Below, piece after piece: positions 23,201 through 35,200 of a stretch of 64,000 nucleotides of DNA; position 1 is the stretch's first letter, and the number at the start of each line of letters is the position of its first letter. Position numbers and translations under genes: made by a program. The notes beneath the pieces were generated by a model. The model saw only the letters and a list, made by a program, of their open reading frames with translations, was not told the DNA's origin and ran no database searches. This stretch comes from Laetmonice hystrix (Eukaryota), in assembly GCA_965235115.1 (NCBI GenBank), contig OZ249437.1, forward strand, positions 49,600,001 to 49,664,000, given 5' to 3'.

Positions 23201-26200
23201 GCCACGCCCTCCTGGGACTACAGAGGGTTACTGACAGCCGCTTACAGGGAGCTAGGTGGGTTAGTCCTGGTCGTGGCGGTCGGCCGCTCAAGCCTGCAAC
23301 AGAGAATACGTCTATGAAGGCTACCGGTAGGTGGCTCTGTCATTGGTGGTGGCGCTGTCGCCGACGCCTACCGCCAGGGGTCTCACCTGGCTTGGTCATC
23401 TAGGACTCTAATCATGCGAGTTTCAGCTATCATTTACTCAACATTTAGTCCGACCTCATTTGAATCGCACTGTCAAACCTCGAGATTTTTCAAAAGTATC
23501 GGTAATTGATAGACGTAACGTACAGTTATAATTGGTGGGTTCTTGTTTTCAATTACACACAAATAACAACACCCAAATTAAGAAAGGTTAGCATTGGGTG
23601 TGATGCCTTAATTTAGATGTGCATATCTCAGGTTGGCCAGTGCGGTTCAGATATTAGCTACGAGAGGGCGCCACACTCTACGTAAGTGACGCCACCTAGA
23701 GTCGGGTTGAGACGAAGTGAAGGAGCACCTGTCTTGTTTCCTGACTGCCGACGCTGTTTGTTGTCTTTCAACTTTCGCCGCTCGATGGTTGACACATAAT
23801 GATCATCTACAATCAATAGCAATCACAATGTACCGGGGAACTTTCTCAGACCCTACAACTGAGCACCGGGATGAACATGTAACGACATATAGGTCGTAAA
23901 GGTTCACCTAACACCCCTCACCCCTCACCCCTCAACTTTCAGCAGTATGATTTCTCACACACGTAGGCCGCCGATCCGACGTACCCGTGGTGACATCAGA
24001 AGAAAAAAATCTCCCTCCCTTAAATCAGAAAAAAAGTTACCCTTCACGTTTGATATGTATTCTGTTGCCAATAAGAACATTTTGGAAGTCTGCTGCTACA
24101 ATCCGCCTCCACGCCCACCCTACCCCCAACCACACACACATGTATGTGTAAAAAATGACTTCTGTGCGTTCCCGACTCTGCCAGCACACCTAGATATCTA
24201 TCTATGTCTGATGATTTCTTTCTCTATTTGATGGAAACAGACTGTTATATTTTACGTGTAGGACTATGTGGTTAAGCATTTCCCGTGTAAGAAAAGACCC
24301 TAGGCCTGTCATTTTTGCATACCTGAATTAGGCCTATTCTTAGGAGAGTGCAGGGTTATGGCCAGGTGCATACAAAACGTTCATGATAAGGGCAGGGCAA
24401 AAATTGTGCTGACAACAAAAAAAGCCAGTAGCAGTGTTCTTATGTTTATGTGCGTGGCAGTCGATAGTTTTTACGTCAAGATGGGGGAGGATGGTTATAA
24501 ACACACATAGCGTGACATCGAAACGGTTCCAACGCCGCGTCAATCACGTATAACAGTAACCGCCCACAAACATCCAAATATGGCATGCAAAATACGTCTG
24601 TCAAAACAGCACCACCAATCACGAGCTGACAGTGGCACAATACCTGACCACACAGGTTAGGGTCAGACTGACGCTATGTACACGTGATTTCATTCACTTT
24701 TGGCCACATTCCCCCATGGCAACATTCACGAAAAAAAGCATGACCTACGTCATACAGGGCGGTGATATTTACAACTCTGGTCACGTTAACATGGGGAATA
24801 ACGTCATTTTTACAAACATCACGTCATTTAAACATGGCAGTAAAACTGAAGGTCCAAAATGAACATCCCCTCTGTGCTCTTCTTCAATATCAGATTTGCA
24901 TTTTGCATTAAAGCCCAAAATGTATTTTTCCGTCAGAATATTATCCAGACCGTTCCAGGATTTAACCAAATGTGTGCATTACAAAGTTTCACAGACTAAT
25001 TGTGTAACTTCCAATCCAACCCTGTGGTACCTGCCAGTACTGGAAACACGAGGACAACAATTCGACAACAAATACTGAGAATATCAAAATGACACTATAC
25101 AACTCGAAGGCGACTGCTACCTCGTGGTCTGTCCGGCTCGAGGGCGACCATACTGCTGGGGCCTGTTGATAAGATATCTCTGTAGATAACTTATTCTAAA
25201 CCTTCAAAGTAAATCTTGTCCATACCCGTATTCTGGTGCTTAAGGCACACAAAAAACTTTGTCCTCATTCATAAAAAATCTGCACCCATACTCAAAACAC
25301 ATTTCACCCAACTTGTACTGATCAATACTGGAGTTTTATTGTACCATGTTTTAAATACTAAGTTTTCACACCACATATCAGTCCAAATACTGTTCAAGGT
25401 TTCTGAAAACTCAAAACATCTTTTGAAACTTGTACACTGTGTTTTTGTCACTGGAACAAACATTGTGACTTCATGCAGATGTCACTTAAATGTCCCTTAA
25501 CCCTCGTGTGTATTCTTAAGTAACAAACTTTCAGGCAGTCATTATTCATTAACTTCTACACTTCTAACCACATCATATTGTTAACCTTAATGCTAGGACT
25601 TGTTTACGACCTGTGAGTGCCAGAGACCACTTACCGGAGGTTGGTGTAGGGATATCGCCGGCGTTGACGCGCGGTGTGGAGGTGTACAGTGGTGTGTGGG
25701 GTGTGCTGTGGTTGTATTGAGTACGAGGATACAGTGGTCGAGGCTGACCCAAGTCTCGCTCTGAACCCATTAAGTGACCGTTCGGAATCGCTGTTGCGAT
25801 TGCTATTAACAGAAAAAAAACGAGTTTTTTGTAATACAAAATGCCGTACAGACATCAGCGTCATGCTTGTAATTGACGTACATCAAAGCATGCCTGGTTT
25901 CCTCATTTGAATTCCAGTGCGGTTCAGATCTTAGCTACGAGAGGGCGCCACGTTCTACGACGCCACCTAGTGTCGGGTTGAGACGAAGTGATTCGATCAG
26001 TTTCAGACAGAGAAAATTTAAGTAATAGAAGAATTTAATGTTTGTCAAAGAAATTCTCGCAATTAGAAATCAATGATTAATCTAAAAGGTCACAATTCAA
26101 AGCACTAACATGTGAATCGCATATCTAAGATTTCTTTTACGATTTTTATGGGTAGTTTGAAAGGACCATGCAGAAATTTCAATTTCATAATTTCTATAGG

Positions 26201-29200
26201 AAAAGACATACAGACACAACTACAGAACTAGAGATACTATCACTACTCTAGTGAGAGTCACAGACATCTAGTGTTAGTAAAGAGGCCAGACACGAACCCA
26301 ACTTACGTTCTCGCGGCGGTGGGGGTTGGTCGACTGGAATCATGATAGGTTTGGCTCGAACTGGCCGCCTGTAGCGATCTTCATCGTGGGAATCGTAGGG
26401 GTTGTGGTCACCTGGCAGCAACAACCAGTCATTTCATACAGGACCGTCAACAGGACCATTTCATTCAGTGGGTGCAAAAAATGGTGACCAGTTTCAGTTA
26501 ATGGAAATTATGGATTGTAAGATCATACTTGATTTATCATTGTATACTCAGCCGTAAACACTTTAGAATCATCATTTTCCAGGCCATATATACCAAATAC
26601 ATCAATCTAAATTGAGAGAAACAATTTCTAAAGAATTTAAACCTATCATATTTTTGGCCTCCCAATTAATACAAAATATAATACACTTTAGTAGTAATAC
26701 GTGGTACAATAGGTGCTGTGCACGGTAGTCAGTACATCATGCATATATTTTAGTGGCGGGTAAAAATGTTAATGTTAGTGCTCATGGAAATTCTTATAAA
26801 CTATGCAAGGGAAGCACTGTATTATTATAATGTTTCTTCTTTTTTCCTCAAGGAATCAGTCATCATCACTGCCATCGCAATCATAATAATGATAAAAAAT
26901 AACATTAATAGTAGCAAATATTATTATGGAGACACTAAGGCTAACAAAAGCAAGAACACAAAACAAAACAAAAAATCCTTTAGATGAAAAAAAAATGCAA
27001 AAGCAAATATGCAACTAAATGATTTTCGTCTGTGTATGTCTGCCAAGCAAATAACTTGGCAGTGCCATCGCAGTGACGGATAGGAAGAGAGTGAAAAAAT
27101 AATAGATGTTTGTAAGCAAACGATAACGTAAAATTCGGCATTTTGTATCAAGCAACAAATGGCATAGACTGATAGAGGTCCAACGTGTGGCAGCAACTAT
27201 ATGATACCTTATCTACTGCAGTGAATAGCTAAGGGATGGATGCTAAAGCAAAGGAGTCAACAACTAATTAAAGAAAAACCAGGAAACCAAGAGGTTAAGA
27301 CTTAATTCTACGACTGACTATCAGTTCCAAACCAACCTTTCGTACTGCCAACCAGCTCTAACAATGTCTCTTTACCATGGCAACCATCATAAACAACTGG
27401 CATCTTCATAATAAAAATATTTTACACTGGAAATAAGGTCAGTGATGTCCTCATGCACCAGAGGTCGCCACTAGTATGGGCTATAACTTAGGGCTCCAAC
27501 ATACTGAATAGGGTGTAAATAATCGGGGTGTAAATAAACTCCAAGATGAGGAACCAATAATGTTATAAGATAGATGCTGTCAGTTATACTCATTCTCTAC
27601 CTATAAGGTTTGTCAACACGGGCGGCAATGATAAAATGGTTGATGCATTATTCCTTACTGGATCTTTGCTGTGACTGCCAGGATTCTGTTTATGTTTATG
27701 GAGTTTCTAACTTCTGTGACCATGTGCTTTATCCACAATAATAAAACAGAAACCTTACAAACTGTACAGTTAAAAATAAAAAATTCTTTTCAATTTCTTT
27801 CTCATTTCTACAAAAAAAACTCCTTGTACATCAAAAGGTATGAAGATATCTTGAACGTATTTCATTAGGTCCCTGAGCACATGTTCGCTGGAAGTTGGCC
27901 CTTTCAAATGCTCCACGATTTCTGGTTCCCGTCTGGTTCATGCTAGAGCTGGCATCGGTACTTACTGACAAACGAGTTGCGCCGCTTGTCCATTCCCATA
28001 CCTGCTGGACAGTCCTCCTTCATGTCCTGTGAGTCCCTGGGGATTGGTGTAACCGTCATGGTGGTCGTCTCACCACCACCACCGCCACCACCACTCTTGT
28101 CGAGACTCTTTAACTCCATGTCATGTATCCATAGATCAGGTGGTTTGACATCCTTGGGGCCACCCTTCACGGCACTCGGTACTCCCTTCTTGTTGGTCGG
28201 CATGTAGCCACCTCTGTACGGGACAATCACAGAATTCACAGACAGGTTAGTGATCCGATTAAAGATGTCTGACCTCAAAACAGTTCTTCTTTTATCGCAT
28301 CTCACTTAACTTTCTTCTTATCAGTTTCAATTTTCCTGAGAATACAATTAACAAAGATTTACAGTGTATGTTCAGAAATCTGTTCCTTCAAACTTTGGTC
28401 CTTAAACCGTTATAAGTACGGTAGTCCAATACTCCTTCAGGATAGGAGGTTCTACACTGCAACTTTAAAGTCATATAAGAATATACAATTACATTGTATA
28501 TTGTATTTGTACTTGACTTGACAAAATAAAGACAAACAGAGCCAATTCAAGCTGAAACGTCGCAGGGAACTTACTTTCTCCGCTTGCGATCATTATCGCC
28601 CGTACACCGACGGCAGACGATGACACTAACGACAATGATGGCAATACCAGTAACTCCTCCCACGCAACCGATCACAATCCACAGCACCAGGGGAGGAATA
28701 CCGTTGCCACCATTTCCACTATCGCCCGATCTGCTCGCACTCTCTTGAACTCCTGTACACGAATCAACAACAATGCGACTTTACTGTACTGAGTGACTCT
28801 GACATTATACAACCTATACACATATATATGACCTGACATTTATTCTATATAAATTATGTTAATGTTCTTTCGTTCATAAAGGTAGCATTCCTCCTACTTT
28901 TGATTTTCTTCGTTTATGCATATTATCTATTTTCATAACTGAAGCATGATCAAATATTTGTTATGATAAATCTAATATTTGACTCACTGTTCCTGTTGAA
29001 GTCTCCGACGTGTGTTTTACCATAATCGTCTGGAGTATCAATTTTTCCACCACCTGTTCCATCAACTGTGGCAAGAACAAGAAAGGAAATCAATAAGCTC
29101 ATTTACTTCTAGACTCTATATTGACGTTAGATATTGCTACATAATTAACATAACACATATCCTTTACTAATCGTTTAGGACAGTGGTCCACTGCTCAATC

Positions 29201-32200
29201 AATAAGGTGCCAAATATCCAACCCAAGAACCAGCCTCCCAAACTCGGTTCAGTGTAATTAATATGACAGACTGCTTACTTTTAGGAGTGCGGAAGATGAC
29301 AGTTGGAGACATGGGGCCGTAACCCTTGGAGTTTCTGGCCTGGACCTTGAAGTAATAGGTGGTCTCTGGAGTGAGCTCTCGGATAGTTGTTGAGAGTTTG
29401 TCACCAAACACATTGTCCACGACCCAGTCACGGTCTTCCTGGGTGGCGTCCGTGGTGTAGAATACAAGGTATCCTGAATACAAACAACAGATATCAGTTA
29501 CAATGTACTACATGTAGTAAGGAAACATAGAGCCAATAATATATGTGATTGTGATATACACAAGTGATTGTTTCCAAAACTTTCCCACAGCAGATGAAGT
29601 CGTGATATAAAACTTGTTTCTTGCAATGAAACTTCATTCGTCAATACCAGGGTAATAGTAAATAACTGAACACACAGGGGCAGCGGGTTTACAGTTTGGA
29701 CACACAAACAGGAAACATGGCTAGTGACAACCCTATTTATGGCAGGTTAACTTGCCCATACAATAATACAGGCCAGATTTATTATTGCACAAAATGTAGG
29801 CTTGATCAGGTAGGAGGACATCACAATTCACATGAAGGCTGACTGCATGATCAGGTGGGAGGACATCACAATTCACATGAAGGCTGACTGCATGATCAGG
29901 TGGGAGGACATCACAATTCACATGACTAAACTAGGACAATAGGAGCCGACGATTTGGTCATATGCAAACAAACAATACTGATAAAATCGTATTTAATCAA
30001 ATAATTGCAACAGAAAACCTAATATAAAGTATACTCATTTAATGGATAATAACTTAATCTCATGAAATATGTACTCATTTAATTGCAGAATGCAAAATAT
30101 TAGACTGTGTACAATTGTTTAAAAATACATAAATATACATAAATTCAATATATTATCTGAGACGGCAAAGAAATACTACACAAATTAGTTGCACTGCACA
30201 ATGACAAAACGAAACAATAATTAACAATAGTAACAAAACCCAAGCTTTCCCTTGCTGAATGAGGTGAGAATTTATCAACCAATTCCTTGTAAACTGGACA
30301 CAAGTCATTTGGCAGCCCAGTGCTGCATGCACGATCACTCCTGGTCCCCAAAAGATGTGTATTTGAGAAAGAAACACCATCTGTCATTTACTGTTAAATG
30401 TGCCACGGTACACCTGCGTAATCTCGTGAACCCTAACAGTCATTCATTGAAACCAAAAGGATATGTAAAAATCCTTAAAAGTATATTAAAACAACGGTAA
30501 AAGCCATTCACCAAATCATGATCGTAATTAATATTATCCATACACATGTTCCCATCTAGGTTTCTCTTCCCATCCCGATATTCGTGACTTAATGAAAAGA
30601 AGAAATGAAAGAAGAAATGAAGTGAAAGAAAGAAGCAAACAGGGCATTTTTTTGGTGAGCATACCTGTGGAGTCATCTGGTGGGAGACAAGAGAAACGGC
30701 CGCATGGAGGAGAACAATGAAATCAATATGGCGTCAACACCAGGCTGTTACACACGGGCCACACCAGGTGGCGCCCGTGTGTACGTGTTATTGCGCGTGC
30801 GTGCAGGACAAGACAGGAATGGGGTTGGGCATGTGTGTATTGTTCGTGTGTATGTTACTGTGAAACGATAACATCATGTTTGACGACCAAGGGTAACAAA
30901 AATCTTTTACTTCTGAGGGATGTCCTTATATGGTATTACGACCTATAAACAGGCTTGACACCCGTATGTGTGCTATCTTGTTTTCTCGACTCTATGTTAT
31001 GTATTCAGTATTGCGACTTTACCAATGAAAATATTACATCTTTATCTGAATATAAGATTAACTATTTTGAAAAATGAGCAGGAATAATAACTGGCTTTTG
31101 GATGAGCAAAGTTTGGGGTTGAAAAAATGGAATATGTTTTATAATTAAAGATGCACACTGATATCTCCCTCTCATTTCTGCCTAGTTCGTCCAATGATAT
31201 TACAGAGATTATAGGATTCCCTAAGTGAGATATCAGTGTGCATATATGTATATGTGCGCGAGATTTTATAATTTGGAAGTGCTTCTACTGGGGATTCTAC
31301 TGTTTGGGATTACCGAGGTAAAATGACAAGAAGCAGAAGTTGTGCTCAAGTAGAACATTATAGTGGGTTTGAATAACCAACTGTGCCACGGTAGAGCACT
31401 GGAAAGGGTGGTGCAGGGGTTTAATTAGAGTGTACAGGTTTGATGTAGATTTTATGCCAACCCCATCCAGGTGAGACATGACATGGCATGCAAGGGTGCA
31501 GAAATAGGATAAAACTATATGGGATTAAGACAATTCATTCGTTAGACGTAGTACAGGGTGACAAAGACGACAGCGCCCCCTAGCGAGGGCTCTCTGTAGC
31601 GCGCCACCTGGTGACAGCGTCTGACACAGAGAAGGCGCCAAACTCAGGGGACCTGGTCGAAAACGTTGTGTGAAAATTCCCAAACCACAAGTGAAGCAGA
31701 CTATTTGAGTAAAGTAGGTGCAGTATTGTGTACGCTGTGAGTGGTAGCAGTATTGTGTACGCTGTGAGTGGTAGCAGTATTGTGTACGCTGTGAGTGGTA
31801 GCAGTATTGTGTACGCTGTGAGTGGTAGCAGTATTGTGTACGCTGTGAGTGGTAGCAGTATTGTGTACGCTGTGAGTGGTAGCAGCATTGTGTACGCTGT
31901 GAGTGGTAGCAGTATTGTGTACGCTGTGAGTGGTATACTAGAGGTTGCAAGGTTAGGCCTCGTAACCAGCACAACAAGAATCCAGTGGGAGAAGGGCGTT
32001 GTTTTCACGTTGGTTACCTGTGATTTGACCATTGGGTTGACGAGGGGGTTGCCAGTTGAGGGTGATCCACGTTGGTTTGCCCTCCACAGCCACAGGGGTG
32101 AGATCACGTGGAGCCGTTCCTGGTGCTGTCATACAAAAACACGTCATCATTAACAAAATTATATATTGTAACATCTTCAACTTTCTTGTCCTTTTCATGT

Positions 32201-35200
32201 AAGAACACATTGTAAGTTAAAGTATCCTTTCATTATGAAAGTCTGTATCGATTACATGATTCAAGAATTGGCCTGTGAGTTGTGGATCAGTTTGTGTTCC
32301 ACGACTCTGTACAACTGACCTGCTTCAAACGTTTTGTTGAAGACGCTCAGACTCCACGTGCTCTGCCTCCTGCCTTTGATGACCTTGACGGAGAACTCAT
32401 ACTCAGTGTTTGGTTTGAGATCGTCAATGTGGACATTGAGATCAGTCGAGTTGATTTGTTTCGCCTTCCTTGCCTCACGTGGCTGGTATTTGATGGTGTA
32501 GTAACGGTTGTCTGTGATACGCTGGGCTCGGCCCAAGGTGGTGTCTGACCAGGTAACAATGATGGTAGTCGATGACAATACGATAGCCTTCAGTCCCACT
32601 GGGGGGATGATGGGGGTCATTGGCTCCGGCGCTGTAACAATGGAGGAGGGAGGAGTCAATTACAGAAAATATCCACCCCAATATCTTCTCAACATTGGGA
32701 TCCTCCACCTCACTTAACAAATGACGTCATTATAAACAAATACTGACACGATCAGTTACAACTTTTAAGGTAACAGACTTACTTGTTTCCTCGCGTGAGA
32801 AAACGGTTTCGTAGATCGGTCGCCCCTCTCCCACGTTGTTGTAAGCTCGCAGACTGATGACATACTCTGACGAAGGCACTGTGGACGACAAAATAAACAT
32901 CTTTTAGAATATACACATCCTGATCACAATAAAACAGTAATCTACACATTGATTATTCTGTGTCCCAGTCTGTATCCTCCAAGTTTGACCTAAATACCAC
33001 GGTTTGTTCTCGTATAGGTCAGTGCAGGTAGAATGTAGAAAGCTTAAAGTCCCAGCACTGAATCTGTCTCAATTCTGTCCGGGATCATTTCACTTATTGG
33101 AGAGTTATTATATCAATGAGCACCCACCTGGGTCCTTGATGGTGTGGTACCTGGTCTTGGCATCAAACACCTGTTTGTAGACGTCTGGTATACGGACACC
33201 GTAACCCAGGGTATAACCTCTAACCATTAGGTTCTGTTCGGCTGGCGGGGTCCAGCTCACCACAATGGCAGCGTTCAGTGGGCGTACTCTCAGCGATGTC
33301 GGCTGACCTGGCACTTGGGTTTCTGGTTTCAAAAACAGAAATCATTCTGAATGCTTCGTAACATATAGCCTAAATATCGGATGTTTCCCCTTCCTTCACG
33401 ACTCAAGAGTTTTCTCAACGACTGCCCATGTGACAATGTTTTCCTACTTTTTATATTTACTGGATGAACAGAAAGATGTTGATGAAACGGATAACTTAAC
33501 CTACCGTCAAGGTCGTGCGTGAATGTCTCAGCTGTGAGCCATGGTGTGGGTGGACTGGTACCGTTTACATTGAGTGCCTGGATACGGATCTGGTACTCTT
33601 TACCCCGCTGTAGATTGGTAAGGGCATATGTTCGCCGGTTACCGTCTGTGGTGGCCATCTCACTGCGCCGTGTACCCTTACGTTTGTAACGTATTTTGTA
33701 ACCAGTGATGACACCATTCTGACTGTCATCGGGAGGAGGTTCCCAACGTACGATGATACTCTGTCAACATCAACCCCAGCAACAGCTCAAATAGCATCCA
33801 GGATTTCACCGAAACTACATTTCATTCTTTAATTCTATAATAGATAATAATGATGAACTTGATGTAGCTGCAAATGGGCTAAATCCGGTTGATTTAAATA
33901 CCATTTTCTGCCTGTAGCACAAATAAATATAACTCACTAAGAGTAAGTAAAATATATCTAAACTATACGGTCACGCACCGTTGAGCTTGCGGTTTCCAGG
34001 GTGACGTTTTGTGGTGGTTCATCAGGTTTGTCAGAGTAAGTCCTAGCGACCACCTCCTCTGTACTCATACCAGGCCCGTTACTGTTGTAGGCCACTACTC
34101 GACAGCTGTACTCGGTGAACTTCTGCAGGTCTTCCAGGGTGAACTGCTGTCCATTCACGTCAGCGTCTGTCTCCTTGGTGGCTCCATCCGGGTAGTAGTA
34201 GAGTTTGTACTTGGTGATGGGCCCGTTGTGGGCCTCCGGTGGGTCCCACTGTACCTTGATGGAGGTGGGTGAGATGACCGACGCCACCAGGTTGGTCGGA
34301 GGACCAGGAACATGCACTGAACAACAAAAACACACCATCAAATAACGAACTAAAACTGTACAAATGTATTCCACAGTTTTTACTTCCTTGTCTACGATCT
34401 TATAAACAATTATCTGACTTAGACTTGCTCTGAGTTTAAAAGAAGAAAACGGTCCGAGTTGACCTGCTGACCTTCCGGCTGTGTTTCCATGGTAATCTCG
34501 GCTGGCGTCTTACTGGCCCCTGCCCGGTTGTAGGCTATCACTCTAAACTTGTACTTGGTCGCAGGTCGAAGTTGTTGAACGTTCGCCTCTAGACTTGTCG
34601 TGTTCGTCACTCGCTCTCTGTTCAGGAACATCATTAAATACCATCAAACACACCTACACCTAGATTTCTGTCAAATACTGTCCCATTATTTTATGTCAAT
34701 ATTATATCATCAGTTGTTCTCACGATATTGTTTACTACCTTAAACATGTATGAGATAGAGGACACAGGTGGAGCCACCAGTAGGTCTCATTAGAATCTTG
34801 TACATTATGATCACCAGAGGGCAGCAGCATCGACATTTTCACTCCATTCTGTGCTGCCCCCTGTCGGCAGATTCTACTCTACCAATACTCATTTCCCTGC
34901 GGTAATTAACTTTCACATCTTTAAATCGTCTATTCTCGTCACTTTATATATGTAAACACACCCCATATTTCCGTCTGAATATATTAAAACATTCCCTAGC
35001 TACTCGTAGCCGGTTAGGTTCGCACCTGTCCGATCCCTCCTCCTTCCAGTAGACAGAGTAAGCGATGATCTCGGAGGAGCCGCTGTGTTCAGGCATTTGC
35101 CAGGAGAGTGTGATGAAGCGCGTGGAGACGATGGCGGCCACCAGGTTGACGGGCATGGATGGTAGGTCGGACGTCGACACGGCCGCCGAGCCTGTGTGGT

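Noticed and set aside
31525-32153. Three 140-175 aa ORFs with 9-aa periodicity
   Set aside because: They are products of the 27-bp minisatellite plus overlap with the FN6 exon.
32632-32720. Long FN4-FN5 linker isoform analogous to vertebrate DCC-long
   Set aside because: An in-frame TAA at 32660..32662 blocks an upstream acceptor, and a mini-exon would leave implausibly short introns.
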